Shown: positions 31,401 to 46,223 of the stretch, in pieces
How the letters are laid out: the number at the start of each line of letters is the position of its first letter
Numbering within the stretch: the first letter of the stretch is position 1
Assembly (NCBI GenBank): GCA_963668175.1
Contig: OY764159.1
Location: 1,984,001-2,048,000 of the forward strand
DNA from: Syntrophales bacterium
GTDB taxonomy: Bacteria > Desulfobacterota > Syntrophia > Syntrophales > PHBD01
Length of the DNA: 64,000 nt
Direction: 5' to 3'
Notes under the pieces: generated by a model
Seen by the model: the letters and a program-made list of their open reading frames with translations, nothing else
Told to the model about the DNA's origin: nothing
Database searches by the model: none
Translations under genes and position numbers: made by a program

Positions 31401-31494
31401 CGTCCTCGACGCCGAGGTCAACTTTATTCAAAAACCGTTCTCCACGCGTGATCTGGCCCGTCTGATCCGGATTGTGCTGGACGGCAAACGCTGA
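28447..31494 (+). CDS. Cytoplasmic hybrid histidine kinase (REC-4xPAS-HisKA-HATPase-REC)
   Basis: N-terminal REC (LMDIVM), AHDFNNL, GRGTGLGL and a C-terminal REC (LIDVIMP). Confidence 0.93.
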   Translation: MYRILIADNDDASREALTGIVSGLGYELAGSAWDGSTAVRLAGELRPDLVLMDIVMSGDSDGIAAAGTIHKEFDIPVVFMTGSANADSAVRAAVADAYGYLVKPFPGEALGGAVEIAVRRHGEMRRLADGNKFFRIFNNAPLSMTMSTVDDGTFIDVNEKFGQVTGYSREEVVGKSMAALGWMSEKVRGRIAAGIKSRGRVESLEFYVKAKNGKQLCFLYSGEVIEIEDRPLILSIAQDITDRKKMETALRDAETKFRTVADNTYGWEFWLDEHGRFLYNSPSCLNVTGYGAAEFRRDPQLFFRIIHSDDRELFRIHILEAESRAATEGIDFRIIHKDGSVRWIAHVCQPVHDRDGAYLGIRGSNRDITDRKRLEEEWRKSDFIINAAGEFITMINRRYVYELVSDSYCRAMARSRQEIVGRTVGKIWGEERFRNVIKEKLDRCFAGGAVSDQDWLDLPNGGRRYFHIHYYPYAEPGGRTTHAIVISHDVTELKQAELGLSEAEKNYRDIVEHAEEGIFRTAPDGRFLMANKAIAAMLGYDSPEELLNAEADISERMYVRPEDRDEALRTINEKGAVRGYETELYRKDGSRIWISMNMRAVHDAGGNLLCYEGINQDVTARKQADEDRLRIEAQLLQSQKLETIGRLAAGMAHDFNNLIAPIRGFAEIMMDECTPGDPHQDDLKQIKLAAEMAGNLTRQLLAFGSKQILSLKPLDMRQVVRGVEKLLRRTVREDIDIRIKVPKSLKKINADISQIEQIIVNLAVNAQDAMPGKGLFAIELKGIRIDADVPDKDPRAAQGDYVLLSISDTGCGMDQETMEHIFEPFFTTKEKGRGTGLGLSTVYGIIKQHGGFINVYSEVGRGSTLNIYLPCMRGGRDAELIVPGEEEVVKGGSETLLIAEDNDMVLRMTRRALERIGYRVVAANDPEQCLRMVAAYPDTIHLMLIDVIMPGMNGKELYERLSVLRPGVDVIYMSGYSEDVISHHGVLDAEVNFIQKPFSTRDLARLIRIVLDGKR

Positions 31495-31518
31495 TATACT
31501 GAAAAGGGAGAAGGTTCT

Positions 31519-33024
31519 ATGTCTAAGATCCTGATCGTCGACGACGAAGAGCTCATGTGCCGCGCCCTGACCCGCAAGGTGGTCAGCATGGGCCACGAAG
31601 TCGCCTGCGCCTACACCCTGAAAGACGGGGCCAAGAAGGCCAACTCGGGCTATTACGACGTCATTTTTCTCGACGTCCGGATGCCCGACGGCAACGGGCT
31701 CGACGCCATCACGCCGATGCGGTCGACGAGCTCGCAGCCCGAGGTCATCATCATCACCGGCGCCGGGGACCCGGACGGCGCCGAACTGGCGATCCGCAAC
31801 GGCGCCTGGGACTATATCGAGAAGAACGCGTCCATCAACATGATGGTTCTCCCGATGGTGCGGGCCCTCCAGTACCGGGAGGCGGCCAAGATCAAGAACC
31901 CGCTGCCGGCCATGAAGACCCACAACATCGTGGGATCGAGCGCAGCCATCCGGAACGTCCTGGACCTGGCCGCCCAGGCGTCCCAGACGGACGCGAACGT
32001 CCTTGTCACCGGCAACACGGGGACGGGCAAGGAGCTGCTCGCGCTCGCCATCCACAAGAACAGCGCCCGGGCGAACGGCAATTTCGTCGTCGTGGACTGC
32101 GCGGCCCTCTCCGAGACGCTCGTCGAGAGCATGCTCTTCGGATACGAGAAAGGGGCCTATACGAGCGCCGACAAGGCCAGGGAAGGGCTGATCAAACAGG
32201 CCGACGGCGGCACGCTCTTCCTCGACGAGATAGGCGAGCTGCCCTTTTCCATCCAGAAGGCCTTCCTCCGGGTCCTCCAGGAGCGGCGGTTCCGGCCCCT
32301 GGGGAGCAAGCAGGAGATCGAGAGCAACTTCCGCCTCATCTCCGCGACGAACCGCCGCCTCGACGAGATGGCCGCCAAGGGGGTCTTCCGCAACGACCTG
32401 CTTTTCCGCCTGAAGGCCTTCACGATCGAAATTCCCGTCCTGTCGGAGCGTCTGGACGATATCCCCGCCCTCGTGCAGCACCATCTGGCGAAGATATGCC
32501 AGCGCTACGGCATGCCCATGAAGGAACCCTCCCAGGATTTCCTGGACGCCCTCAAGCAGTACGACTGGCCGGGGAACGTGCGGGAGCTGATGAACACGCT
32601 GGAATGGGCGCTCACGGTGGCCCACGACGACCTGACCCTGTTTCCGAAGCACCTGCCCAGCCATGTCCGCATCAAGGCCGCCCGGGCGAAGATCAAGAAA
32701 GGGGGCGCCGGCAGAGCCAAACCGGCTGCGCCGGAGTTGGAGGAAGCGCAGGCCCCTCCGTTCGTGCACGAGGAGGCCCTGCCGGCGGCCGGAACGACCC
32801 TGGTGACGATAACGCCGGCCGGGGGCGAGATGGCTTCCCTTCAGGAAATACGCGATGCGGCCATCGAAAGCGTGGAAAAGCAATATCTGGTAGATCTTCT
32901 GGCGGTGACGGGGGCGGATATCCGTGAAGCCTGCCGGATCTCCGGGCTCTCCCGGTCCCGCCTCTACGAGTTGATGAAAAAGTACGGGATTTCCAAGACC
33001 GCCAACTATACCGTGACGTCCTGA
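31519..33024 (+). CDS. NtrC-family sigma54-dependent response regulator
   Basis: REC, Walker A GNTGTGKE, GAYTSA loop, LFLDEIGE, WPGNVREL and a C-terminal HTH. Confidence 0.93.
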   Translation: MSKILIVDDEELMCRALTRKVVSMGHEVACAYTLKDGAKKANSGYYDVIFLDVRMPDGNGLDAITPMRSTSSQPEVIIITGAGDPDGAELAIRNGAWDYIEKNASINMMVLPMVRALQYREAAKIKNPLPAMKTHNIVGSSAAIRNVLDLAAQASQTDANVLVTGNTGTGKELLALAIHKNSARANGNFVVVDCAALSETLVESMLFGYEKGAYTSADKAREGLIKQADGGTLFLDEIGELPFSIQKAFLRVLQERRFRPLGSKQEIESNFRLISATNRRLDEMAAKGVFRNDLLFRLKAFTIEIPVLSERLDDIPALVQHHLAKICQRYGMPMKEPSQDFLDALKQYDWPGNVRELMNTLEWALTVAHDDLTLFPKHLPSHVRIKAARAKIKKGGAGRAKPAAPELEEAQAPPFVHEEALPAAGTTLVTITPAGGEMASLQEIRDAAIESVEKQYLVDLLAVTGADIREACRISGLSRSRLYELMKKYGISKTANYTVTS

Positions 33025-33199
33025 TCCGTCCGGCAGGGCGGGTTGCCGGGGGCGAAAAAAGGATATCCGGTCTTCCTTCCGGTCCCGCCGCGACGGCGCC
33101 GGTGGACTTCGCCGCTTTCGCTAGGGATGAAAGGGTTGAAAATATCGCGGAAGTAATGTAAAAAGCCTCCCGTATGCATACCCACTGAGGAGAAAATGT

Positions 33200-33661
33200 A
33201 TGGATGTCCGGTTTATCAATCCCTTCCTGGAGGGAACCATCAGCGTTCTTTCGACCATGGCCTTCGTCAATCCCAGACCCGGCAAGCCCCGTCTGAAAGC
33301 GGACAACAAGGCCGTCGGCGACGTTTCGGGCATCATCGGCCTCACGGGCGACGCCAAGGGTTCGCTGGCCTTGAGCTTCAGCGCGGGATGCATTATCAAG
33401 ATCGTCAACAACATGCTGGGGGAATCTTTCACGGAAATCAACAGCGATATCCAGGATGCCGTCGGCGAGATTACCAACATGATCTCGGGCGACGCCCGGA
33501 AGCGTCTGGAAGCGGACGGTTTTAAGATCACCGCCGCGATCCCCACCGTGGTTTCGGGCAAAAACCACGAGATCAAACACGTCCTCCAGGGGCCGAGCAT
33601 CGTCATTCCCTTCGACATCGACGAGGGCCCCTTCGTCGTCGACGTCTGTCTGGGCAAGTAG
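33200..33661 (+). CDS. cheX: CheX phosphatase
   Basis: FINPF, SGIIGLTG, GEITNMISG (ExxN) and IPTVV. Confidence 0.92.
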   Translation: MDVRFINPFLEGTISVLSTMAFVNPRPGKPRLKADNKAVGDVSGIIGLTGDAKGSLALSFSAGCIIKIVNNMLGESFTEINSDIQDAVGEITNMISGDARKRLEADGFKITAAIPTVVSGKNHEIKHVLQGPSIVIPFDIDEGPFVVDVCLGK

Positions 33662-33818
33662 CCGAACCTTCCTTTGTAGCGGCCTTTTCGCCGCTTCTGC
33701 GCCTTTTTCTCAGGAAAATCGATCGATGTCGGCGGCATACCGCCTGCTGCCGGTGGCACAAATATTGCCTCCTGAAAAGGTGATATGAGGGGGATTGTTC
33801 CGGGCAGAGGTGGCGGGG

Positions 33819-37772
<3,954 letters not shown>

Positions 37773-37795
37773 AGGACAGGGGAGAAGGTGTTTTC

Positions 37796-38914
37796 GTGAA
37801 CGAAGTTCCGACCGTTCTCATCGTCGACGATGCGCCGGTCAACGTCAAGATGCTCGATGCCATCTTCAGGAAGGAGGGTTTCCGGACCCTGCTTGCGGCG
37901 AGCGGTCCCGAGGGCCGCACCCTGGCCCGTTCGGCCAGACCGGACCTGATCCTCCTCGACATCATGATGCCCGAGGAAAGCGGCTTCGATACGTGCCTGA
38001 AACTGAAGCGCGACTCGGAGACGACGGATATCCCCGTGATTTTCCTCTCGGCCATGGACGACATGAAGAGCAAGGTCCACGGGCTTTCCATCGGAGCCGT
38101 GGATTACGTGACGAAGCCGTTCGAGAAGGCGGAAGTCCTGGCCCGCGCCAGGATCCATATCAAACTGAACATGGCGTACCGCGCCCTCGTCGCCGATCAG
38201 GGCGGGAAACTGAAGGAGATTCACGATGCCCAGCAGGCGATCCTCACGCGCCCGGAGGACGTCCCGGACGCCCGGTGCGCGGTCTATTACAGGTCGTTTC
38301 AGGAGGCGGGGGGGGATTTTTACGATATTTGCCCCATCGCCGAAGGCATTTACGGCTATTTCGTCGCCGATGTCAGCGGCCACGACATCCAGGCCTCGTT
38401 CTTCACCTCGGCCCTGAAGGCGATGATCCGGCAGAACGCAACGCCGATCTACACACCGAAGGATACGATCAAGATGATGAACGCCGTCCTCCCGTCGCTC
38501 CTTCGCGACGGCCAACACGTCACCGCCTGTTACGCCCATCTGAACAGGCTCCGCAAGAGGCTGACGCTCATCAGCGCCGGGCATCCGGCGGTCGTGTTCG
38601 TTTCCCGGGACGGCCGGACGGAGCTCCTGAAACCGGCGGGAGACGTCCTGGGAGTCTTCGATGCCGTCTCGCTGGAGGCGGAGGAGAGGGACGTCGCGTC
38701 GGGGGACCGGTTCTTTCTTTACACGGACGGCCTGATCGAAGGCTTCGGCGATAGCCGGAAAATGAGGAACGCCGGCATCGACATCCTTGTTTCCGCCTGC
38801 AGCCGCGCCGCAGTACTTCCTCTCGAAGAAGCCCTGCCGGCCGTTGTCGGGACCGTCTTTCCTGACGGCGTCCCGCAACAGGACGACCTGGTGCTGCTCG
38901 GCGTGGAGGTCTGA
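37796..38914 (+). CDS. REC-SpoIIE (PP2C) phosphatase, RsbU/RsbP-like
   Basis: REC (LLDIMMP), then GGDFYD, ADVSGH, SAGHP, YTDGL and DDLVLL. Confidence 0.92.
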   Translation: MNEVPTVLIVDDAPVNVKMLDAIFRKEGFRTLLAASGPEGRTLARSARPDLILLDIMMPEESGFDTCLKLKRDSETTDIPVIFLSAMDDMKSKVHGLSIGAVDYVTKPFEKAEVLARARIHIKLNMAYRALVADQGGKLKEIHDAQQAILTRPEDVPDARCAVYYRSFQEAGGDFYDICPIAEGIYGYFVADVSGHDIQASFFTSALKAMIRQNATPIYTPKDTIKMMNAVLPSLLRDGQHVTACYAHLNRLRKRLTLISAGHPAVVFVSRDGRTELLKPAGDVLGVFDAVSLEAEERDVASGDRFFLYTDGLIEGFGDSRKMRNAGIDILVSACSRAAVLPLEEALPAVVGTVFPDGVPQQDDLVLLGVEV

Positions 38915-38915
38915 C

Positions 38916-39344
38916 ATGATCCAGGAAGGCAGGGAGCCGGTGACATACAGCCAGGTCTTCGCGGCCACGGCGGAAGACGTCGAGACCCAGTGCCGCGTGG
39001 CCACGGATCTACTGACGGAACAGGGACTGGATATGTACCGCTTCTCCGTGCAGCTTCTCCTCCGGGAGGCGCTCAACAACGCTGTTCTGCACGGCAGCAG
39101 AGGAAATCCGGAGCGGGCGATCTCCTTCGTGTTCAGGATAACCCCCGATGCGATCGAGATAACCGTGGGCGACGAAGGGCCGGGTTTCGACTGGCGGGGC
39201 GTCCTGGCCAGGCGGATGGACGACACCGCCGTGTCGGGCCGGGGATTGGCCATTATGACGATCTATGCCGACGATGTCAGGTTCAACGAGCGGGGCAACG
39301 CCCTGACGCTAAGGATGAACATCGCCGAAGGGAGGCAGACATGA
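38916..39344 (+). CDS. RsbW/SpoIIAB-like anti-sigma Ser/Thr kinase (HATPase)
   Basis: EALNNAVLHG, DEGPGFD, SGRGL and FNERGN. Confidence 0.9.
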   Translation: MIQEGREPVTYSQVFAATAEDVETQCRVATDLLTEQGLDMYRFSVQLLLREALNNAVLHGSRGNPERAISFVFRITPDAIEITVGDEGPGFDWRGVLARRMDDTAVSGRGLAIMTIYADDVRFNERGNALTLRMNIAEGRQT

Positions 39345-39643
39345 CGCAGATTGTGCAGGAGAACGGCCGTACGGTCGTCAAACCCCAGAGGGACATCGTG
39401 GTCCCGGCGACCGACGAACTGAGGCAGGAACTGAAGAACGTCATCGCCGCGGGAAGCGACCTGACCATCGATCTTACCGGGGTGGAGATCATCGACTCGA
39501 CGGGCCTGGGGCTTCTGATTTCCGCCCACAACACGCTGAAGAAGATCGGTAAGGCGCTGATCGTCACGAACGCCTCGGCCGATCTCCGCGAGCTTTTCAA
39601 AAGCATGCGGCTGGACAAGCATTTCACGGTCGCCGACGCTTAA
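39341..39643 (+). CDS. STAS anti-anti-sigma factor (RsbV/SpoIIAA-like)
   Basis: IDLTGVEIIDSTGLGLL retains the phospho-acceptor Ser. GGAGG RBS. Confidence 0.9.
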   Translation: MTQIVQENGRTVVKPQRDIVVPATDELRQELKNVIAAGSDLTIDLTGVEIIDSTGLGLLISAHNTLKKIGKALIVTNASADLRELFKSMRLDKHFTVADA

Positions 39644-39655
39644 CGGGAGGACGGC

Positions 39656-42600
39656 ATGAGCTTGATGAATGACGAAACGGTGAGGATGTTCGTCGAGGAA
39701 TCGCGGGAGCACCTGTCGAGCATCGAAAACGACCTGCTCCTCATCGAGGAGGGCGGGGCGGACATCGACCTGGACCTGGTCAACAAGGTCTTCCGGGCCG
39801 CGCACTCCCTGAAGGGCGGCGCCGGTTTCCTCAATCTCGGCAAGATCAAGGAACTGGCCCACAAGACGGAGAACGTCCTCGATATGGTCCGCTCCCACGC
39901 CCTCGTTCCGAACCCGGAAGTCATCAATATCCTGCTCAACGCTTTCGACCGCCTGAAAGACCTGATCAACAACGTCGACGAGAGCGACCAGGCCGACATC
40001 TCCGATTTTATCGTTTCCCTTACAGGCCTTACGAAGGCGAACCTGCCCAAGGAGGAGAAGGAAAGCGTCAGCACGATGGTGGACATCAAACTGCCCGACG
40101 GACGCACGATCCTTTCGATCGCCGCCTTCGACCTGATGCAGGCCCGCAAGGGCGGGAACTTCATCTATCTCGTCGAATACGACCTGATCCACGACGTCCA
40201 GCGCCTGGGCAAGACCCCCTTTTCCGTCATCAAGAACATGATGGGCACGGGTATCCTCCTCGACTGCATCGTGGACGTCATGGCCGTGGGCACCCTCGAC
40301 GACGAGCCGTCCAACACGTTTCCCATGTATGTGCTCTTTGCGACGATCGTCGATCCGGACATCGTCGGAGGGCTGCTGGAACTGGACGGCGGCAAGATTC
40401 ATCCCATTTCCGAAGAACAGGGGCAACAGGGCCTGCAGACACCGGCGCCTCCCCGGGTCGTACCGCCGCCGGCGGCGGGTTACGATCCTCCCCCGGCGGA
40501 ACGCCGACCTGCAGAACCTGCCCCGGTTCCGGAACCGGGGCGTCGCGCACCCGAACCCGCGCCTGCACCCCAGCCCCCGGCAGCCCCGAGGGAACCTTCC
40601 GCTCCGGCGGCGAAGGAGCCCGCGGCCCGGGAACGGGAAGGGGGCGGGCAGGCCGATACGAGCCTCCGCGTAAACGTCCAGCTCCTCGAAACCCTCATGA
40701 ACCTGGCGGGCGAACTGGTTCTCTCCAGGAACCAGCTCCTCCAGGCCATCGCCCAGAATGAGACGCGGTCCATCAAGACCACGGGCCAGCGGATCAACAT
40801 GGTGACCTCGGAGCTCCAGGAAGCCATCATGCTGACGAGGATGCAGCCCATCGGCAACATCTTCAACAAGTTCCCCCGGGTCGTCCGCGACCTCGCCAAA
40901 ACCATGGGCAAGGAGGTGAATCTGAACCTCCTGGGGAAGGAAGTCGAGATGGACAAGACCATCATCGAGGGCCTGAGCGATCCCCTCACCCACCTGGTGA
41001 GAAACGCCGTGGACCACGGCGTCGAAATCCCCGACGAGCGGCGGCGGGCGGGTAAGACAGCCGCCGGGACGGTGACGCTTCGGGCATACCACGAGGCGGG
41101 CCAGGTGATCGTCGAGATCGGCGACGACGGGAAGGGCATCGATCCCCAGAAGATCGCGTCCGTCGGCATTTCCAAGGGCGTCGTCACGGCCGAGCAGGTG
41201 AAGACGATGTCGGATAGGGAAAAGATGGCCATGATTCTCCTGCCCGGCTTTTCCACCGCCGAGAAGGTGACGGAGATTTCCGGCCGCGGCGTCGGCATGG
41301 ACGTGGTCAAGACAAACCTCGACAAGCTGGGCGGCCAGGTGGAGATCGAATCGGAGATCAACCGCGGTTCGGTTTTCCGCATCAAGCTGCCGCTCACCCT
41401 CGCCATTATCCCCTGCCTCTTCGTGTCCGCCGGCGGCATCCGCTTTGCGGTGCCCCAGGCCAACGTGGAGGAACTGATCCGGATAACGGCGGCCCAGGTG
41501 AAGGAGAGGATCGAGAGGGTCGGCGACGCCGAGGTCCTGATCCTCCGGGGGAAGATGATCCCCATCGTGCGCCTCGACGACATCCTCGGCATCCCCCGGA
41601 CCTACGAAGATCCCTGCACCGGCGAGCGCCTGCAGGACCGCAGGCTTGCGATCGCCGAGCGCCGGTCGAAGAAACGCCCCCTCTTCGCCGACAAGCCGGA
41701 AGGCGAACCGGCGGAGCCCTGCGAAGAAGGCGAGGCGCTCCGGTCCGACGTCGAGCGGCGTTTCCGCGCCGTGAGCGATCTCAACATCGTCGTCGTCACC
41801 ATCGGGACCTTCTCTTACGGCCTCGTGGTCGAAGAACTCCACGACTCCATCGAAATCGTCATCAAGCCCCTGGGGAGGCATCTGAAGCAGCTCCGGGAGT
41901 ATGCCGGCGCCACGATCATGGGCGACGGGCGCGTGGCCCTGATCCTCGACATCAACGGGATCGCCCACCTGGCGTCGCTTACGTCCATGGCCGGAACGTC
42001 GAGGGCCAAGGAACTGGCCGACGAGGCCGACAGGGACCGCTTCGCCGACATCCAGTCGTTCCTCCTGTTCCAGAACAGCCCGGCGGAGCACTGCGCCGTC
42101 CCGCTGGACCTCGTGGAGCGGATCGAACAGATCGGGACCGCCGCCATTGAGATCGTCGGCGGCAAGAGGATACTGCAATACCGCGGGGAGAGCATGCCGC
42201 TCTTCACGCTCAACGAGCTGGCCGCCAACGTGAATCCGCTTCCCGAGCGGCACGAATACATCGTCATCGTTTTCGCCATGGCGGGACAGAGCATCGGGCT
42301 CCTGGGGGTTCCCCCCGTGGACGTCGTCGAATCCCGGATCAGCCTGAACCGTTCGACGCTGCGCCAGCCGGGCGTCATGGGATCGGCCATCATCAACGGC
42401 CATACGACGCTCATCATCGACATCCACGAATTCGTCGAAACGCTGAAGCCCGAGTGGTTCGTGGAGAGGAAGAAGACGATGACCGTCGATACCGAAGGGA
42501 CGTCGATCCTCCTCGCGGAGGATTCGGACTTCTTCCGCAACCAGGTGAAGAAATTCATGGAGGACGAGGGATTCGGTGTCCTCGCGGCGGAAGACGGCCT

Positions 42601-42892
42601 CAAGGCCTGGGAACTGCTCCAGGAGGAAGGGGAGGACGTCAAGCTCGTCGTGACGGACATCGAAATGCCCCGCATGGACGGCTACGGCCTGACGAGGCAG
42701 ATCAAGGGGGACAGCCGCTTCTCCCACCTGCCGATCATCGCCGTGACCTCCCTGGCCAGCGAGGAAGACATCGCCAGGGGCAAGGAAGCCGGCGTCGACG
42801 AATATCAGATCAAACTGGACAAAGAAAAGCTGTTGGCGGCCATACACGGCTACCTGCGCCGCAAACCGCCGAGGCAGGGAATACAACCTTAG
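39656..42892 (+). CDS. cheA: Hybrid CheA (Hpt, Pro-rich linker, HATPase, two CheW-like domains, REC)
   Basis: [30 protein letters not shown] and a C-terminal REC (VTDIEMP). Confidence 0.95.
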   Translation: MSLMNDETVRMFVEESREHLSSIENDLLLIEEGGADIDLDLVNKVFRAAHSLKGGAGFLNLGKIKELAHKTENVLDMVRSHALVPNPEVINILLNAFDRLKDLINNVDESDQADISDFIVSLTGLTKANLPKEEKESVSTMVDIKLPDGRTILSIAAFDLMQARKGGNFIYLVEYDLIHDVQRLGKTPFSVIKNMMGTGILLDCIVDVMAVGTLDDEPSNTFPMYVLFATIVDPDIVGGLLELDGGKIHPISEEQGQQGLQTPAPPRVVPPPAAGYDPPPAERRPAEPAPVPEPGRRAPEPAPAPQPPAAPREPSAPAAKEPAAREREGGGQADTSLRVNVQLLETLMNLAGELVLSRNQLLQAIAQNETRSIKTTGQRINMVTSELQEAIMLTRMQPIGNIFNKFPRVVRDLAKTMGKEVNLNLLGKEVEMDKTIIEGLSDPLTHLVRNAVDHGVEIPDERRRAGKTAAGTVTLRAYHEAGQVIVEIGDDGKGIDPQKIASVGISKGVVTAEQVKTMSDREKMAMILLPGFSTAEKVTEISGRGVGMDVVKTNLDKLGGQVEIESEINRGSVFRIKLPLTLAIIPCLFVSAGGIRFAVPQANVEELIRITAAQVKERIERVGDAEVLILRGKMIPIVRLDDILGIPRTYEDPCTGERLQDRRLAIAERRSKKRPLFADKPEGEPAEPCEEGEALRSDVERRFRAVSDLNIVVVTIGTFSYGLVVEELHDSIEIVIKPLGRHLKQLREYAGATIMGDGRVALILDINGIAHLASLTSMAGTSRAKELADEADRDRFADIQSFLLFQNSPAEHCAVPLDLVERIEQIGTAAIEIVGGKRILQYRGESMPLFTLNELAANVNPLPERHEYIVIVFAMAGQSIGLLGVPPVDVVESRISLNRSTLRQPGVMGSAIINGHTTLIIDIHEFVETLKPEWFVERKKTMTVDTEGTSILLAEDSDFFRNQVKKFMEDEGFGVLAAEDGLKAWELLQEEGEDVKLVVTDIEMPRMDGYGLTRQIKGDSRFSHLPIIAVTSLASEEDIARGKEAGVDEYQIKLDKEKLLAAIHGYLRRKPPRQGIQP

Positions 42893-42911
42893 AATCATCA
42901 AGGAGGAAGTC

Positions 42912-44582
42912 ATGACGTTCTTGACGAACATGAAAATCGGAAAGCGGCTGGGTGTCGCGTTCGGGACCATTCTGCTGCTCATGGTCCTGCTGATCGCCGT
43001 GGGGTTGTATAACCTCTGGCTGCTGTCCAGCAATCTCGATTACATCACTAAAGTGAACACCCAGAAGATGATACGCGCCAACAGCGCCGCCGACGCCGTC
43101 AACGGGATCTACCTTGCGATGACAAACGCGATCATCGCGAAGGATCCTTCGGTCCAGAAGCAGGAAGTGGCCAATGTCGAGAAGGCGCGCGAGCGCTACA
43201 AGAAGGATTACGAAGAGCTGGAAAAACTGGAGACGAATGAGGAGGGCAGGAAGCTGATCGCCAAGTCCCGGGAAGTCACCGCCGCCAACCGGGACATCAA
43301 CAACAAGGTGATTGAACTCGTGCTTGCCGGGCAGCAGGCGGACACCAATGCGTTCTACACGAGCAAGGTGAAGCCCGTATCCCACAACATCCAGGATTCC
43401 GTGAACGAGATCGTGAAGTACAACGAAGAACAGATCAAGACCCGCTCCGCGGAGGCGATGAAAAGCGCGGGCACGGCCCGGATCGTCTTCATCGTCCTGG
43501 GTATCGTCCAGATCGTCCTGGCGGTCTTCCTGGGGCTGATCATCACCAAGAGCATCAAGGGGCCCGTGACCCAAGGCGTCGGCTTCGCGGAGAAGATGGC
43601 CGACGGCGACCTGACCCAGCGCCTGGACATCGTCCAGAAGGACGAGGTCGGCGACCTGGCGGCCGCCCTCAATGCGATGTCCAACCATCTCAACACGATG
43701 TTCAAGGAGATCGCCCAGGGCGTGCACACCCTCACGGCGTCGTCGACGGAACTGTCGGCCATCTCCAAGCAGATGTCTGAAGGGGCCGAGCAGACCTCGA
43801 ACAAGGCCAACCTGGTCTCCGTCGCTTCCGAGGAGATGAACTCCAACATGACGTCCGTCGCCGCCGCCATGGAGGAGGCCTCCACGAACATCAACGTCGT
43901 CGCTTCCGCGACGGAGGAGATGACGGCCACCATCAGCGAGATCGCGAAGAACACGGAAAAGGCGCGGAACATCACGACGACGGCGGTGGGCCAGTCGTCG
44001 GAGATCAACCGCAAGATCAACGACCTGGGGTCGGCCGCGAGCGAGATCGGGAAGATCACCGAGACGATCACGACCATCTCGGCCCAGACGAACCTCCTGG
44101 CCCTCAACGCGACGATCGAAGCGGCGCGCGCCGGGGCGGCCGGAAAAGGTTTCGCCGTCGTGGCCAACGAGATCAAGGAGCTGGCCCAGCAGACCGCCAC
44201 GGCCACGGACGACATCAAGAACAAGATCGAGGGCATCCAGACCTCCACGTCGGGAACCATCGGGGACATCGGCTCCATCTCGAAAACGATCCAGGAGGTG
44301 AACGAGATCGTCACGGCCATCGCGGCGGCCATCGAGGAGCAGACCGTCGTGACGAAAGACATCGCCGGGAACGTGGCCCAGGCGGCCCAGGGCATCGAGG
44401 AGGTCAACCGCAACGTCGCCCAGAGCTCGAACGTGTCCGCGAACATCGCCCAGGATATCTCCGAAGTGAACCAGGCGGCGGGCGAAATGTCGTCGTCGAG
44501 CGCCCAGGTCCAGATCAGCGCCGAGGAACTGTCCAAGGTATCGGAGCAGATCCAGGCCCTGGTGGCGAAATTCAGGGTCTGA
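42912..44582 (+). CDS. Methyl-accepting chemotaxis protein, four-helix-bundle sensor, long signalling domain
   Basis: Two TM segments, HAMP (DEVGDLA) and [20 protein letters not shown]. Confidence 0.93.
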   Translation: MTFLTNMKIGKRLGVAFGTILLLMVLLIAVGLYNLWLLSSNLDYITKVNTQKMIRANSAADAVNGIYLAMTNAIIAKDPSVQKQEVANVEKARERYKKDYEELEKLETNEEGRKLIAKSREVTAANRDINNKVIELVLAGQQADTNAFYTSKVKPVSHNIQDSVNEIVKYNEEQIKTRSAEAMKSAGTARIVFIVLGIVQIVLAVFLGLIITKSIKGPVTQGVGFAEKMADGDLTQRLDIVQKDEVGDLAAALNAMSNHLNTMFKEIAQGVHTLTASSTELSAISKQMSEGAEQTSNKANLVSVASEEMNSNMTSVAAAMEEASTNINVVASATEEMTATISEIAKNTEKARNITTTAVGQSSEINRKINDLGSAASEIGKITETITTISAQTNLLALNATIEAARAGAAGKGFAVVANEIKELAQQTATATDDIKNKIEGIQTSTSGTIGDIGSISKTIQEVNEIVTAIAAAIEEQTVVTKDIAGNVAQAAQGIEEVNRNVAQSSNVSANIAQDISEVNQAAGEMSSSSAQVQISAEELSKVSEQIQALVAKFRV

Positions 44583-44604
44583 CCGGCGGACGAAAGGGAA
44601 AGCC

Positions 44605-45063
44605 ATGATTGCAGCACAGAAGAAGGACGCACAGCAGACGTTCCTCGTTGCGACGTTCTACCTCGGCAGCACGTTCATGGGCATCGAGACGCTGCGGGTG
44701 CAGGAGATCATTCGAATTGTCGACGTCACCCGCGTTCATCACGCCCAGGACCATATCCTCGGCATCGTCAACCTCCGGGGCAAGATCGTCACCATCGTGG
44801 ACCTGTCGAAGAAGCTGGACCTTCCCGAGTCGGACCTCACGGACGACAGCCGGATCGTAATCGTCGACTGGAAGGACGAATACATCGGCCTTCTGGTGGA
44901 CCGTATCCTCGATGTCCGGTCCGTCGACCGGAGGGACTTCGAGCCCCCGCCGACCAACATCCAGGACCTTCAGGGGAAATACCTCCAAGGGGTCTTCCGC
45001 GGCGCAGACCACCTGATCGCCATCGTGGACGTGGACAAAGTCCTGGAAGAGGCGGAGAAATGA
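44605..45063 (+). CDS. cheW: CheW coupling protein
   Basis: GIVNLRGKIVTIVDL and IGLLVD. Confidence 0.93.
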   Translation: MIAAQKKDAQQTFLVATFYLGSTFMGIETLRVQEIIRIVDVTRVHHAQDHILGIVNLRGKIVTIVDLSKKLDLPESDLTDDSRIVIVDWKDEYIGLLVDRILDVRSVDRRDFEPPPTNIQDLQGKYLQGVFRGADHLIAIVDVDKVLEEAEK

Positions 45064-45088
45064 CCGGGGAAGGGACGGAAAACAACGC

Positions 45089-46213
45089 ATGGCCCTGAAA
45101 GTGCTCGTGGTCGACGATACGATCGTCTACCGGAAAATTGTGACGGACATCCTGACCGAGATTCCCGAGGTGGCGGTCGTCGGCGCCGCCGGCAACGGCA
45201 AGGTCGCCCTGTCGCGCATCAAGTCGCTGAAGCCGGACCTCCTCACCCTCGACATCGAAATGCCGGAGATGAACGGCCTGGAGGTCCTTCAGGCCATCCG
45301 GAACGAACGCCTGGGAGTGGGCGCCATCGTCCTGTCGAGCCTGACGGTGAAGGGCGGCGAAATGACGATCAAGGCCCTGGAACTGGGGGCCTTCGATTTC
45401 ATCACGAAACCGGAGGGAACTACCCAGGACGCGAACCGGGCCGAGATCCGCCGGGCCCTGGAACCCCTGATCCGGGCCTACGCCCATCGCCGGGAGATAT
45501 CGACGATCCTGCAGGGAAAGGGAGCGGGACCAGCGCCGGTGACGGCGGGCTTCAAGGCGATCCCGGCCGCAACGAAACCGCCCGCCGGGGCGGAGTCGGT
45601 GGCCGCACGGATGGGCAAGATCGCGGCGCAGGCAAAGGCGGAGGTCGTGGGCATCGGAATCTCCACGGGCGGGCCGAACGCCCTGGCGGAAGTCCTGCCG
45701 AAACTGCCGGCGAATATCGACGTGCCGGTCTTTCTCGTCCAGCACATGCCGCCGAATTTCACCCACTCCCTCGCGCAAAGCCTGAACGCCAAGTGCGCCC
45801 TGACGGTCAAGGAGGCCGTGGACGGGGAATTCGTCCAGAACAACGTCGTCTACATCGCGCCGGGGGGTAAGCAGATGAAAGTGACCCTCGGCGTCGACGC
45901 CACGAAGAAAATCGTCCGCATCACCGACGATCCGCCGGAGAACAACTGCAAACCGTCGGTGGATTACCTCTTCCGGTCGATTGCCCACCACTACCTGGGG
46001 CGTGCCACGGGGGTCATCATGACGGGGATGGGGAACGACGGGACCCTGGGGCTCAAGCTGATGAAGCGCAACGGCGCCCTGGTCATCGCCCAGGACGAGG
46101 CCACGAGCGTCGTCTTCGGCATGCCGAAGGAGGCCATCGAAGCCGGCGTCGTCGACGTCGTCGTCCCCCTCGGCGGCATTCCGGACGCAATCGTCAGGAC
46201 CATAAAGAGATAG
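45089..46213 (+). CDS. cheB: Chemoreceptor methylesterase CheB
   Basis: REC plus GISTGG, QHMP, KPSVDYLF and MTGMGNDG. Confidence 0.95.
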   Translation: MALKVLVVDDTIVYRKIVTDILTEIPEVAVVGAAGNGKVALSRIKSLKPDLLTLDIEMPEMNGLEVLQAIRNERLGVGAIVLSSLTVKGGEMTIKALELGAFDFITKPEGTTQDANRAEIRRALEPLIRAYAHRREISTILQGKGAGPAPVTAGFKAIPAATKPPAGAESVAARMGKIAAQAKAEVVGIGISTGGPNALAEVLPKLPANIDVPVFLVQHMPPNFTHSLAQSLNAKCALTVKEAVDGEFVQNNVVYIAPGGKQMKVTLGVDATKKIVRITDDPPENNCKPSVDYLFRSIAHHYLGRATGVIMTGMGNDGTLGLKLMKRNGALVIAQDEATSVVFGMPKEAIEAGVVDVVVPLGGIPDAIVRTIKR

Positions 46214-46223
46214 ACGGGAATCC

